Positions 17,000 to 39,440 of a DNA stretch of 64,000 nucleotides are shown one piece after another (the stretch's first letter is position 1; each line of letters opens with the position of its first letter). The notes under the pieces were generated by a model. The model searched no databases. It had not been told where the DNA came from and saw only the letters and a program-made list of their open reading frames with translations. The translations under genes were made by a program, and so were the position numbers. Source of the DNA: the human T2T-CHM13v2.0 reference genome, Homo sapiens; the NCBI RefSeq assembly GCF_009914755.1, contig NC_060929.1; one strand, 5' to 3'.

Positions 17000-17350
17000 T
17001 CAGTTTACTTATTAATTCATTTACTAAGTCAATGATATTAATTAAGTGTCCAGTAAGTGCAAAAAACAATGCTAGGTTCTGGGAAGCCACATAGACATCA
17101 AGGTCCTGGCCTCAAGACATTCAGCTTTGTGGACTATAAACGGAGTATAATGAGCCATGGCGATACAGGGAAGAGAGAGTTTGAGGAGACAAGGAAGGCT
17201 GCAAAGAGAAGGTGGCCTTTGAACTAAGTGTTGATGAATAAAAAGAATTCACCAGGTAAGAAAGGAGATTCTGGACTGAGGTAAAATTATGTGTGATAGC
17301 ATAAGCACAACAAATCCATATGGAATATTTCAGAAATGGCAAGTGTTTTA
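17000..17350 (-). mobile_element. L2 3' fragment
   Basis: ttcattt...attaagtg...tgctaggttctggg...ggtcctggcctcaag. Confidence 0.5.
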
Positions 17351-17823
17351 GTGTAATTTACCAACACCAGAAATTCTGCTCTTGGAGTGACGTGTATCTA
17401 CTTATAATGGTACATTGTAAATTACTTTGCCATTGCATGATGAACTCAAAGCGTACGTAAGTTAAGCTGTCAAGAAAATATCAGCATATTATATTATTGA
17501 AGTAAAATCAGAGGGAAAGTGATCTACTGCTAACTAGCTATCTGACTTCGGGCAAGTAAGCTTGGTTACTTTAGGTTTTAGTTGCCTTATTTATAAAATG
17601 AAGAGGTTGATGTAGAATGTATTATTTATCCTCTACACTATTCTAAGAAGCAACAATAATACCAAGGGCTTATTCTCAGAATGAAGGAAAGAAGAAAATC
17701 AACAGGTACTTACTGAATCTGCCCCTAGTAAGTTGACAAAGGAAAGGAGATAAGTATATATTCATTGTCAATTTGCACAAAACAATTAAAAACTGCTAAG
17801 AAAATATTAAGGTGTTAGTTTGA

Positions 17824-18159
<336 letters not shown>

Positions 18160-18609
18160 TAAAAAACAAAAGTGATCATTCCTGGAACTCTGATAAGAAA
18201 GATTCCAGTAGGCAGGTCAGCGGAGGTTCAGCCAGGAAGGCTGTTTATTTACTTAACATTGCCATTGCCTGGACTGAAGAGAGATAATCACTTTTAGTTT
18301 CAAACTCGATCTAGTCTATAACACATGGAAAGGGATTTCATGTGTTTTCTAGGAAGAAACAGATGTTACCCATAAAAAACAAAGCAAAAAAACCCAAAAA
18401 ATCTATATTGCTATTGCAAAATCTGAGTGTGAGAACTCATGTCATATTCATACACGATAAATGCCATATGTTATTTGTATAAAGAAAGGTAATAATGCAT
18501 TTTCAAATAATTAGTTAAAATAATTTTGGTTGGTCAAAACTGTATTAGAAGATGAATTCTCTGAGGCCAACTGGTGACTGTCTGAGGCTCCCACATTTAC
18601 AGATTTTAT

Positions 18610-18840
18610 GTTATTTCAACAAATATCCATGGAGTGTGGGAGAGGCACTGTGCTAGGTGCCAGATATACACTGGAGGATGAAACAGACAGAGCCCTTGTC
18701 CTCATGGAGCTTAGAGTCTGGTAGGGACAACATACCTACAAAATAAACACCATAATAGGTATTTCATTCATGCCTTAAAGGAAAACAACAAAGATCGGGG
18801 GTCGGGTGGAACTAATTCAGGGCGGGGCAGCCAGGAAAGC
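18610..18840 (-). mobile_element. L2 3' fragment
   Basis: ttcaacaaatat...ggcactgtgctaggtgc...ctcatggagcttagagtct. Confidence 0.65.
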
Positions 18841-18942
18841 AGAGACCCTGGCTACTCTCTTCACTGACAGTTAAACAGATCCATTCAGCTGTTCACCAGG
18901 AATTTCTCAGTGTAACTTTCAGAGTAAGAGTAAAACAATTCC

Positions 18943-19221
18943 TTTTTTAAGAGACCAGGGTATCACTCTGTCTCCCAGGCTGGAGTGTAGTGGCATGATC
19001 ATAGCTTACTATAACCTCAAACTCCTGGGCTCAAGTGATCCTCCCACCTCAGCCTCCCAAGAAGCTAAGACACCAGGCACATGCCACCACACCCGGCTAG
19101 TTTTTAAGATTTTTTTGTAGAGACAGGGTCTTGCTGGTCTTGAACTCCTGGCCTCAAGTGACCCTCCCACCTTGGCCTCCCAAAGTGCTGGGATTACAGG
19201 AGTGAGCCACCTCACCTGGCC
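18943..19221 (-). mobile_element. AluJ SINE
   Basis: atcatagctt..ctcctgggctcaagtgatcctccc. Confidence 0.9.
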
Positions 19222-19618
19222 ATAACACAATTCTTTAAGCATCTAAGGGATTTAAGTATCATTTCAGGGTTTTGTGGTCACAAGAGTTTTAAAATCTCCA
19301 TCCCTGACAGGTGAGTCAAAAACTACTCTCATTCATGGCACCCTGAACCACATAAAAATAACAATGTAAACCATACATCATTTGGGGATTGCTGGTTCCC
19401 TCAGATTTAGACGACGTTTCTTGAAACCTCCCCCATCCCATGCTCAGTAGAAGTCAAGGCCCATTCCAATACTTCTGCAAATTCCATAGGAGTGGCTCTG
19501 ACTCTGAACTCTTTGCTTTTGCAAATGGGTTTAGATCATGGAACGTGTTGCTTTACTATAAATGTGGTTTGTGTTTCATGCCATGTTAACCTAGATGTGA
19601 AACGTAGTCTCCTTTTGA

Positions 19619-19931
<313 letters not shown>

Positions 19932-20010
19932 AGAGCTCTTGTAGGACATTTGTATGTATAGTAGTTTTTTTAAAAAAAGATTTCAGAGGGGATGAAGTGA
20001 AGAAGAGGTT

Positions 20011-20475
20011 TGTATTAGTCAGGATAAGTCAACTGCTGTAACAAACAAGCCCCATTATAGTAACTTAGCAATAACAACAAAAGGATTCTTTCTTTCTGAT
20101 ATCACTGTTCAGTGGGGGTTGGAGAGGGCCTGATCCATATAGTCCTTCACAGACTGGAGCTCTTCTCTGGCGGCTTCAGAATCTTCTAGGGTATTAGAGT
20201 CCCCAACTTGATTCTCTGCAATCAGCCTGCAGGAGAGGGAAAGGCATGTGGAAGAACTGCCAGATTTGAAGAGAAGTGTTTGAGGAGACAAGGAAGGCTG
20301 CAACGAGATACTTTGGGAGTTATATTGGCCACATCTGGAGGTGGCACACACCACTTCTGCCCACTTTCCGTTAACTCGTAGTCACATGGCTATACCTAAC
20401 TGCCGTGGAGGGTGGGAAATATAGTTTAGTTTTGAGGCCAGGATGAAAACAGCTTTTGTAATCTGTCTCTGCCAC
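20011..20475 (-). mobile_element. Old MLT1 (MaLR) LTR
   Basis: tgtattagtcaggata...gctgtaacaaacaa; cacttctgcccac...agtcacatggc...ctctgccaca. Confidence 0.65.
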
Positions 20476-20530
20476 AGGATTTATTCTGTAGTGGCACAAA
20501 CAACTTCAAATTTAACGTTTAATCTCCTAG

Positions 20531-20859
<329 letters not shown>

Positions 20860-21036
20860 TACTTCTACGGATTTTTAATGTAATTTTCAGACTCATGCCA
20901 ACTCCTCTTCCCCTCTCCACTTCATTCCTTCCTTCCTTCCCTTTCTGTCTTCCCATACGCTAATATTTTTGTTTTTTTTTTTCTGGCAGAGTGTATTCAA
21001 TGACCCCTCATTGCCTTGTCTCCAACAGGCTACTGA

Positions 21037-21945
<909 letters not shown>

Positions 21946-21978
21946 CTGAGACTCTCACCATCCATCTAACTGTCTTAT

Positions 21979-22788
21979 TTATATAGGCAGGAGGTGGGAA
22001 ATACTGGGTAGAAGAGGGCAGGGTGCATGGTGAGGGCTCCACCCTCAAGCATGGACCCATGGCCCTAAGTGAGCACATGCATTCCTGTTTTCCCATCTGA
22101 ATGTTGCCTTTTCCCAACCACCCTGGCCTCCCATGCCCCTGGCCCTGTACCCATAAAAACCCCAGGCTCCCCTGTCAGAGGAGCAGAATGGTGCAGCAGA
22201 GAAAGAGAAAAGTGTCTGAATGTCGAGAGGAAAAGAGGCAGCTGGACACCAGAGACTATGGTTGGAGGGGAGTTTGGCCAGGGATGGTCAGAGAGGAGCT
22301 CCTCTGGGGACGGCCAAACTCTAGGGGAAGATGATCTTCCCACTTCATCCCCTTTCCAGCATCCTATCCCACTGAGAGCCACTTCCATCACTCAGTAAAA
22401 TTCTCCACATACACCACCCTTCAATCCTGATTCTTCCTGGATGCTGGACAAGAATTTGGGACGCACTGGGTGCAAGAACCCAAAAAGGCTGTCACACTGA
22501 CTCTTCACTGAGGTGTTTAACCCTTAAGCCCTCTGTGGATGGCAAAAGCTAAAAGAGCATTGTTTATAACACGTGCCTTCTGGGGCTCCAGAGGTCCCGG
22601 GCAACACCTAGATGCTACTGTAGTCTGGTACGGGGCTTGTTCCTACCAGTACCCAAAGGCACTCACCCAGGCTCCTGCACCTGCTCACCTGCGGCTCCCT
22701 CTCTCACAAGGGAGTTGAGTATGGAGGTAAACAAGCCACACCCCTGTTGCAAGGCCCGAGAAGGGGTCAAAGGAACTCTCCCATCTCA
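21979..22788 (+). mobile_element. MER50(B)-type ERV1 solo LTR
   Basis: caggaggtgggaaatactgggtagaagagggc ... cccatctca; TSD ttat. Confidence 0.82.
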
Positions 22789-23227
22789 TTATCAGAGAAC
22801 CAAGGCAGTTCTTCACTAGAGAATTCATTTATAGGACATCACATTTGAAACCCTCTGAGGCCTATATGACATATGGCATATGTCTGTATTTCTCAAACTG
22901 ATGTAAAATATATTCTTCGGACTGTGGGGCTTTATGCCTGGAAATTCCTGAAGCCACAAGCTAAAAACAACCTGGTTTTAGCTCAGAACAGTTCCCCCCA
23001 GGGCTGTGTCTGTGCTCTTCCCCTCCTTTTGGGGGAGTTGTTCCTTTGCACCCTACTGTTTTAATACACAACTTGAATCTTCTAAATATGATGGGTATGT
23101 TTGCATATGTATATTATATTAATTCTTTTAATTAATTAAAACTGAAATATGGGCCCACAAATCCACTGCTTGTGTAAAGAAACAAAAAAAGAAGTGGAGA
23201 GGAAAAGTTTTCTTGTGGTCATAAGCT

Positions 23228-23845
<618 letters not shown>

Positions 23846-24079
23846 GCTCGTAGGCTTTTCAATCATCCTTTCCCTTGTCCTTCCTGCTTATATGAAACAA
23901 GAGGTGCCCTTTTCTTTCTAAGGTATTTAAGATCGTATTTAAGTTCAAAATATGGTCTGTCACAACCAAAAGAATTCTGATTCATACAATAAACATAGCA
24001 ACTTTCCTGAAGAGTCATTTTTTACTATCAAATTTTTGCAAATCTCCCAATGTCATTTTTATTTTAAACCATAGATATA

Positions 24080-24700
24080 CAGTTGTTACTCAATATCCAT
24101 GATGGAGATTGGTTCCAGTACCCCCTATGCATACTAAAATCCATGATGCTCAAGTCCCTAATATAAAGTGGTGTTGTATTTGCATGCAATCTATGCAGAT
24201 CCTCTTGTATTGATACAATGCAAATGCTATGCAAACAGTTGTTATGCTATATTGTTTAGAAATAATAAGAAGAAAAAAAGGTACCTACATGTTCAGTACA
24301 CAGTACAGATGCAGCCATTGTTTTTTTTTTTTTTTGAGACAGTCTTGCTCTGTTGCCCAGGCTGGAGTGCAGTGGCGTGATCTCGGCTCACTGCAGCCTC
24401 TGCCTCCTGAGTTGAAGCAATTCTCTGCCTCAGCCTCCTGAGTAGCTGGGATTACAGGCACCCACCACCATGCCTGGCTAATTTTTGTATTTTTAGTAGA
24501 GACAGGGTTTCACCATATTGGCCAGGCTGGTCTCGAACTCCTGACCTCGTGATCCACCTGCCTCGGCCTCCCAAAGTGATGGAATTACAGGCGTGAGCCA
24601 CCGCGCCTAGCAGCCAACCATTTTTTTCCCCTGGAACATTTTCCATTGGCAGTTGGTTGAATTCATGGATGCAGAACCCATGGATATGGAGTGCCAATTG
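24080..24700. mobile_element. MER2 (TcMar-Tigger) fossil split by an Alu
   Basis: ta|cagttg ... gattggttccag ... gatgctcaagtccct ... gatgcagaacccatggatatgga ... caattg|ta. Confidence 0.85.
24321..24613 (-). mobile_element. AluSg-type SINE
   Basis: Antisense full-length. Confidence 0.93.
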
Positions 24701-25964
24701 TATATTATTAAACAGAATGTCGGGATATGCTCTAGGTCCCCAGGGCTGTGCATTCCTACCTAGAGGCACTTAGGTGAGAAAGTTGGAGGACTGCTGTCAC
24801 TGTTTTAAGCTTAAGACAGGGTCAAATTACTTTTTTCCTTCTTGTATATTCCTTCATGGGGGAGGAACTTTTGCTGGGAACCTGTGAAATGATGAGCTTT
24901 TTGTGCACTTTCTAGTTGGATGCATTTTTGAGATGTGGGGCAACAGAAGCAGGAGGCTGCAAGAGAGCAGCAACATCTGAAAAGTCTGCTGAGCCATCTG
25001 GCTTCAGGAGAATTTACTTAGTTTGCTTCCTGGAAGTTGTGATAAAATTTATAAATAATTTATAACACAAGGACTTCAAGAGAGGCATATTGGAAAACTC
25101 AGTGCTATCTCAAACTGTCTGGAGCAAATTATAAGCCTCAGCTATCTCCCCCACTACAAAAAAAAATGCAAGTTTTGAGTGGAAAGGAAACACTTGTAGC
25201 TCCATTTCCTCTCAGGCACAAGCAGCTCTAAAAAAAGAAGCAATGTGAACAGAGTGTCTCAGAAAGAGTTGCAGCTATTGTTTGCAAAGTAAGGAGGAAG
25301 CAAAGCAATAATATTAACAGAAATAGTTTGAAAATAGAGCAAGCAAGGAGAATTGCAAAGTAGAAAGTATACCTAAGGGGGTAGAAACATCAGATAGGAT
25401 CTACCTCAAGGCATGGAGAGATCTTTGTTTGTTTCCTTTGTTCCACAGTTGAAATTATCTTTATCTTCCAATCTAAACATTGCCTACTTTTTGTTTCTTT
25501 TCTTCTTATTTTATGTGGGAGTTTCTATTTGAATTTTAGTCATGTTGTTTTGAGTGGATGATCAGCCACAGCAGGATATGCTTTTTTTTTTTTAAGTGAG
25601 ATTAAACACGAGTTAGATGGTAATCAGTGAGGCTGGTTATATACATAAATATCTGCACATTATTTTAATGTTTTCCATAGTTGTAAATTTTCACAAAGAG
25701 ATCCATGATTCTATGAGGAGTCTATTATAAAATATGCTATCTACTCACTTTGAATCTTGTCTAAGTTAACCTCTTTTCTTTTCTATAAAATAGGTATTGA
25801 ACTTTATGAAAAGAACCAAAATGATCTTCACTGGAGTTGGTTAGGATCATTAGCTTTATCACATAAAAGCTTCTGGATTTTTTTGTTTATTTGTTTTTTA
25901 TTTGGGGTTTATCTTTGTCTGTTTTCTGTTGCTTATACCAGAATACATGAAGCTGGGTAGTTGA

Positions 25965-26308
<344 letters not shown>

Positions 26309-26610
26309 ATGAACTTATTTCTTATAAGGCTGGCAAGAAGGTCAAGCCTGAGGCTGACAAGTCCAAAGTCAAGAGGCTGAATCTGGTGAGGGCCTTCTTG
26401 CTGATGGGGACTCTCTGCAGAGTCCTGAGGTGGTACAGGGGCTGAGCATGCTAGCTCATCTTCTTCCTCTTCTTGTAAAGCCACCAGTCCCCTCTCATGA
26501 AAACTTGTTGATCCATTAGTCCATTAATCCATTAATCCCTCTTGACCCAAGCACCTCTTAAAGGCCTCAGCTCTCAATACTGTCACATTGGGGATTAAAT
26601 TACAACACGA

Positions 26611-26917
<307 letters not shown>

Positions 26918-27415
26918 TTACAACACAAGCTTTGGAGAGGATAGATATTCAAACTATAGCAGGACTGATCTTAAAAATCAGTTGCTAAACATTATGTTTT
27001 GTTAAACATGTTTCAGTTGTTCAACATGTTTTGTGCTAAATTCATAGATTGTATTTTGATCACATCAGTGGGAATGACTTTCATATCAATGGATCAAGAT
27101 TAATTTGATGAGATAAAGTATAACTCATTTTAAAGAAAATTCTAAAGTCACTACATATGGTGTGGTGATTTCAGCTTGGCAAACACTAGAACAAAACCAT
27201 TATGTAGCCAATGCCCTGTGGTCTGTCATATACTCAAATACATACCATATGTGTTGTGTCAGCATGCCAGATTACTTTTGTACCTCTACTCTGTGGAAAA
27301 TATTCAAATGCTATGATAATGACCAGATAAATAGTAATGATAAGTCAATGAGTCCCGAGTGTCCAAAGTGTAACTTGAATGGATTAAAGAATAACTAGGT
27401 TGTCTAACATCATCC

Positions 27416-28229
27416 TGATATGGACAGGAGGCAGGGAAATACTAGGTAGAAAAGGATGGGGTCCCTGGAAAGGGCTCTACTCTCAAGCCTGGACCCACAG
27501 CCCTAAATGAGAGCATGCATTCCTGTTTTCTTGCCCAAACGTTGCCTTTTCAAAACCACCCTGGCCCACCACACCCCCCAATCCTGTACCCATAAAAACT
27601 CCAAGGGTCACTGGCAGAGGAGCAGAGCAGAGTGGCAGAGAAGGAGAGAAGAGAAGAAGCAGCTGGACATCGGAGAAAAGCAGTTTGACTTCAGAGGGAT
27701 GGTTTGATGGGTGGGACTTTGGGGAAGAATTTGGCTGAGGATGGCCGAACTCCAGGGGAAGATTATCTTCCCACTCCATCCCCCTTCCAGCTCCCTTTCT
27801 CACTGAGAGCCACTTCCACCACTCAATAAAATCCTCCTTGTACACTACCCTTCAATCTGTTTATGTGACCTGATTCTTCCTGGATGCCAGACAAGAACTT
27901 AGGTACTAAGAGGGCAGGGTATAAAAGGCTGTCACCTTGACCCTCCACTAAGCTGGTTAATGCTTAAGCTGTTCACAGATGGCAAAGCTAAAGGAACACA
28001 CTGTAACACACACCCTCTGGGGCTCCAGGGGTCACGGGCAATCCCTAGATGCTGCCACGGGCTGGTAGGGGTTTCCTTCCCACCAGCGCCCAAAGACACT
28101 CACTGTGGCTCCTGCACCCACCTACCTGTGTGGTCTGCCTCCAGCAAGGAGTTTGAGTGCTGCAGGCTGAGTAAGTGAGCCACCCCTTTGCAAGTCCCGT
28201 GAAAAGGTCAAAGGAATGATCCCATCTCA
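27416..28229 (+). mobile_element. MER50(B)-type ERV1 solo LTR
   Basis: tgatatggacaggaggcagggaaatact ... cccatctca; TSD atcc/gtcc. Confidence 0.85.
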
Positions 28230-28289
28230 GTCCTATGAACTGGTTCCCCAAATAGGCTGCTCATCAGAAACCAACAGAGAGGTCTAAAA

Positions 28290-28810
28290 CTTTGTAAAAT
28301 TTAAATCTAGTAAAATTCACACTTTTGGGGGCTCTATGAGTTTTGACATATGCTTGTCACTACCACCACAATCAAGTGACACAACTTGGGGTAGAACAGT
28401 CCATCACCCCTCCAGAAATGCCCTGTGCTCAAATACCCCTTTGTGCTCAAAACCCAGCCTCAGCCTTTCAATCCTGGAAACCACTAATCTGTTCTCCTTC
28501 ACTATGGTTTTGCATTTTCCAGCATGTCATATAAATGGAATACAGTATGGAAAATGGGTTGTATCCCTGCGTATAATACACTGGAGAGTCATCCTTGCTG
28601 TTGCATGTGTGTTCTTTTTAATTGCTGAGTACTATTCCATTGTACAGATGTATCACTGTTTCTCTGTGTGTTACTCAACTGAGAGACATTTGGGTTTTTA
28701 CCAGGTTTGGGTGATTATGAATAAAAATATTATAACTATTCATGTATATAGTTCATTGTAGGAACATGTTTCCACTTATCTTAGGTAAATACCTAAAAGT
28801 GAGATACCTG
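28290..28810 (-). mobile_element. Old L1M 3' fragment
   Basis: ggaaaccactaatctgttctc, catataaatggaa, ttgctgagtactattccattgta, ggtaaatacct. Confidence 0.75.
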
Positions 28811-28886
28811 AGAAGTTTTGAAAAATATTCCCCTTCCCATGGATTTGCAATTTCTTCAGTATGGGGCCTTGGAATATATACTTTAA

Positions 28887-29380
<494 letters not shown>

Positions 29381-29464
29381 AAAATGTGCTCCCAGGTCAT
29401 TCTGATATTTGGAAGATCTGATCTTGGAAGGTTGTACCTGGCTGGACTTTATGTTAAAAGATCT

Positions 29465-29707
<243 letters not shown>

Positions 29708-31559
29708 TGAATTCTCTTTAGAAAGTTTGAGGAATCTTAAAAAATTGTTGATAGTTAGCAGGTAAGCCTGTAGCTTTTGTGCTATCTTGGAGATTGCTCC
29801 TGGCTCACATGGACCCAGAGTTCTGAGGTCATCATCTCTGCTGTGGTCTAACCAGAGCTCTGAGGGCTCAGCATAGGTCTGGATCCAATTTCTCTGAGTG
29901 GAGTAGCGTGGGTGAGATCCTTCTTACCAGAGGATTAGCAAGGCTAGACTAGTCCTAGAGTCTGTTGAGACAGTCTACAGATTAATTTTGAGTGCTTGGG
30001 ATTGACTGGCTATCAATTTGCATCTCTCTGGGGTTTTTACTATTTACCAATAGATATACAACTGGTTATTGCAGCATCGAAATAGATCCAATCTCATTCA
30101 TTGGCACAAGTTACACCATAGAAGACCTTATATTAATAACCCTGACCGTGTTAGAGTATGGCCAGGCTTGCAGATATGAGAAAAACTAGCCAGACATCCT
30201 TACGAGACAGAGTTGTGATATAGAAAGAGCATAGGATGATGATAGTCAATACCTTGGTTCTGGAAGTTTCTTTGTCTTTAAAGACTAAAGCAGAGGCACA
30301 GAGTCAGAGAGTACCCCCTGTTCTCTATGTGTATCCATTCTCCATTCTAGTCTTTCTTCAGCCTCTGCTGCTATAGACACCCCTATGTCCTTATACTTCC
30401 TGTTTTTGTCTTTTCTGTGCCACTTGAACTTTGAGCCATCTGTCAAACCAGGGGATCCTTATACCCGAACACTTTCTTCTTCCGGGTTTTGTGTATGCCT
30501 AGCCACTTTGAGGATGAGGGAATAAGCCAAAGGGAGAAGGTGGTTGGGAGTTGGAGCTCAGAGTTGAGCCCTGTCCCCGTGGAATTTCCTAAGTTGGCAC
30601 CACAGTGGGGTGTGGGGAGTGCTTCTGAAAGACAGGCATCATCCCAAGCCCCGTGCATCTCAGGTAGGACTGAGTCTTAGACTATGAGGAAGATATAGTT
30701 TGGGCTCCTTATTACTACCTCCAGAGGACCTAGCATCTACGGGGAGTATTTTCTCTTCCCTTTTCTTGCCCTCTGGAATGGAAGCCTCTTCAGATAGATT
30801 CATCTCATTGTTGCAGAATTTTAGACGTTTGTCTTTTCCATTTGCTTGGTCATCTTGCCTTTTCGCATTAGGTTTCATGACTTGAATCATGAAAGGGCAG
30901 AAAAGCAGACAGTACTCTAGTTAAAATAAAACAGAGATGGAGGGAGGGTCCTGGAGAAGAAGGGTACTGTGTATGATGCTGGGGGGAGGAAAGAAGAGAT
31001 GAGGGAACCGGGGGTGGGACCACAGAGAGCTTATAATTCTGACCTGAACTTGTGAAGAAGAGATCATTGATTTGAACGTTCTGCCATCTGCCTAGATTGC
31101 ATTCGAACGTGAGTAAGAAGAGAAAGTTACTGCCTACCACATATAACTTTCCTTTCCTACCCTCCCTCGATTTCTCAGACTGACTCAGGTACTGGAAGCA
31201 TTTACTGAGGACTTGGCCATGGGAAATGAGAGACCACCAGGCAAACTCGCAGGGAAGATGATTTGTTTACTGTCTCTTTATTTCTCTTTCTCAACGTCTC
31301 CCCCGAGAACCTGGAGTCTATAGATTTCCACAGTAGAGAGCTCTGGCTCTCTACTCTAGTAGGACTTTGTGTACTGGACCATTTCTGACCACTTCTGTTT
31401 TCTCAACATTACTTTTTCTGTCTCCTATCCTCCCTCTAGAGTTGGTGTGAAACTAGACCTAAGGTGTGGTGAATAGCAGGGTCTTGACATGTTTGCCCTT
31501 TCTCAGTTTCCAGGTGACATTTTATTCTCTCCTCATTATTGCCTGAAGAAATGAGCTCA

Positions 31560-32288
<729 letters not shown>

Positions 32289-32290
32289 TT

Positions 32291-32588
32291 GGCCAGGCGC
32301 GGTGGCTCACGCCTATAATCCTAGCACTTTGGGAGGCCGAGGCGGACGGATCACGAGGTCAGGAGATTGAGACCATCCTGGCTAACACAATGAAACCCCG
32401 TCTCTACTAAAAATAAAAAAAACTAGCCGGGCCTGGTGGTGGGTGCCTGTAATCCTAGCTACCCAGGAGGCTGAGGCAGGAGAATGGTGTGAACCCGGGA
32501 GGCGGAGCTTGCAGTGAGCAGAGAGCGTGTCACTGCACTCCAGCCTGGGTGACAAAGCTAGACTCCGTCTCAAAAAAAAAAAAAAAAA
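32291..32588 (+). mobile_element. AluY SINE
   Basis: Inserted in the tail of the preceding Alu. Confidence 0.93.
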
Positions 32589-32671
32589 TTCCAGAGTGTT
32601 ATATCCATCCAGTAAATGGTTATGGAGCTCTCCTATAAATTACTGACTCAAGGCAATTATTGTCTGGAATT

Positions 32672-32675
<4 letters not shown>

Positions 32676-32708
<33 letters not shown>
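32676..32708. repeat. (GA)n microsatellite
   Basis: Direct reading. Confidence 0.95.
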
Positions 32709-32712
<4 letters not shown>

Positions 32713-33740
32713 TGACAAACTTGGCTGGCATACACATTGATGATCCTTAAGGAAAACAATAAAACTGCCTCACAGGCCGTAAGGGAAAGCACACACTGTA
32801 ATGACATCTCAGCAACTCGTAGCACAGTGCACATTTCCCACAAGGCTGTGGTTCCCCGTGTCCTCACCCGCCTTGGTTGTAATAGTGGCTAGCAGGCCGT
32901 GTTCCATCATTAGTAACATCTCTCTTTGTGGGAATAGTGGTGTAATTGTGGACAGAAGTTCATGTTGAGTTCTATTTATAGCTTCTGGTGACTCATTAAT
33001 ATGTTACCTTAGCAAAGGGTAGCTCCAGAGCCAGCCTTTTATTACTGTATTAGTCAAAAACATTCTCACTGGGGTATTCTGATACAATGAAAAACAAACT
33101 GTAAAACACTTCTAGCAATTTGCATGTCAGCCTTTTAATTGGTGTGATATTAGCACCCTTGCACGCTTTATTGGAAGCTACAGTTGTCAAAGGTACCCAT
33201 GTCTACAAGTGCTTACCAACATGTAGGTTCTGTGTTAAGAGAAAGAAAAAAGAATCCACTTGTAGTCTTCTGAAGAGTTAAACTCTCAGTTGATCTGGAA
33301 AATATGTTAACCAACCTTCAAAAGTATTTTCGCTCCCGGAAGTCTTCAAGCCCTCTGTGACTATGCCCTTTGTAACATTTTTACACATGTGACCTTCACA
33401 CTCACCACTTTGATTCCAACAGCGAAGTCGAAGTCGTGGTCAGGAGTAAGACTGAGCTGGGTAGAGATGATAGTAAGGTAAGACTTTGAAGCTGCTGTAC
33501 TTTTATCAATTCAGTCTGAAAAACAGTCTCTGTGGTTAAGCCCATTAAATCTCTTGTGCTTCCATAGCAGCTTGGCTAAAGGTTATTACTATGAAGGCTG
33601 GAGGGAGAGTGGGAGATAACTTTGACCAGAGAGCTCTCACTGAAATGGGTTCAAAGGAGTTACTCATCTTCTATTCCCTTTAGCGGAACCTCATAATCAG
33701 ATAGCACTTACTCTGTGCTTTGTTAAAAATATAGCATACA

Positions 33741-35165
<1,425 letters not shown>

Positions 35166-35169
35166 AGTG

Positions 35170-35884
<715 letters not shown>

Positions 35885-36020
35885 TCACTGATGTCTTTTA
35901 TATAATAATATTTCTAGTAGAATCAAGAATAATGAATCACTTCTTTTCAAATACAGATTATAAAATACTCCATATATAAAAAAGAATTTATGTGATATTA
36001 AAGGAAATTAAATACCATAA

Positions 36021-36379
<359 letters not shown>

Positions 36380-36932
36380 TAATAGTTACAGCTTGTAAGC
36401 ATTGGAAGAGGCTGGCTTGGGAGGTGACGGGAGGCCATGCTGTTGACAATTTGTGTAAGGGTGTGGAAGAAGGATTCCCAGGAGAGGAGAGAGGTTGGGT
36501 AGTTGACTGCAAAGGTGCTGATCCTAAAATCCTCTGCCACAATGCAACAAAAAGCAAAAATATTTGTTACAAGCAAAGCTCTTAAGGGGCATTTGAAAAC
36601 CTGGGGTGTTGGTTTCTTAAAATCAAATGTGGAATTGTAGCTCCTGTTTTTGGTGAGTCCTTTGATTTTTGGAACATGTAAGATGGAACCATGTGCATAC
36701 ATATACTCACTTATATAGCAATAAATGTGGTGGAGGTATTTTAATTTCTTGAGTCCCAGAGGTATTGGGTTAAGAGCAGAGTGAGAGATTGGATAAGGAG
36801 ATGGTTGCAACGATTCCTTTTTCTATTCCACAGAAGCAGCTCACAGACTATGACTTGTGGGCCAAATGGCACTTGTTTTGTATGACCCATGAACTAAGAA
36901 TGTTGCTTACATTTTGTTTGATTAAACTTTTA

Positions 36933-37250
<318 letters not shown>

Positions 37251-37299
37251 TTAAATTTGAGGTAATCCTAAATTCACTTGAACTTATAGAAGATACATT

Positions 37300-38612
<1,313 letters not shown>

Positions 38613-38702
38613 AGAAGTAATACAGAGAGATCCCATGTGCTCTTTACTCAGTTTTCCCCAACGGTAACATCTTATAAAATTATACAATATAATACACAAC
38701 CT

Positions 38703-38867
38703 GCCAGGCGCAGTGGCTCACACCTGTAATCCCAGCACTTTGGGAGGCCGAGGTGGGCAGATCACCTGAAGTCAGGAGTTTGAGACCAGCCTGCCTAACA
38801 TGGGGAAACCCCGTCTCTACTAAAAATACAAAAATTAGACAGGCGTTGTGGCACCTGCCTGTAATCC
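38703..38867 (+). mobile_element. 3'-truncated AluS (no tail)
   Basis: Ends at cctgtaatcc, fused to aggaaattgac. Confidence 0.88.
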
Positions 38868-39069
38868 AGGAAATTGACAGTTATATAAACCCAAATCTTA
38901 TTCAGACAGCCTCAATTTTACATGTACTCATTTGTGTTTTTTTATTTTAAAATTATTGAAAATGATAAAAAGTAATATTTTGTGACACATAAAATTGATA
39001 TGAAATTCAAATTTCAGTATTTATAAATAAAATTTGATTGGAGCATAACCACATTCCTTCATTTATGTA

Positions 39070-39440
<371 letters not shown>

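Noticed and set aside
31332-31355. 10-bp perfect hairpin agtagagagc-tctg-gctctctact
   Set aside because: Too short for a pre-miRNA, low-complexity, and expected occasionally by chance.
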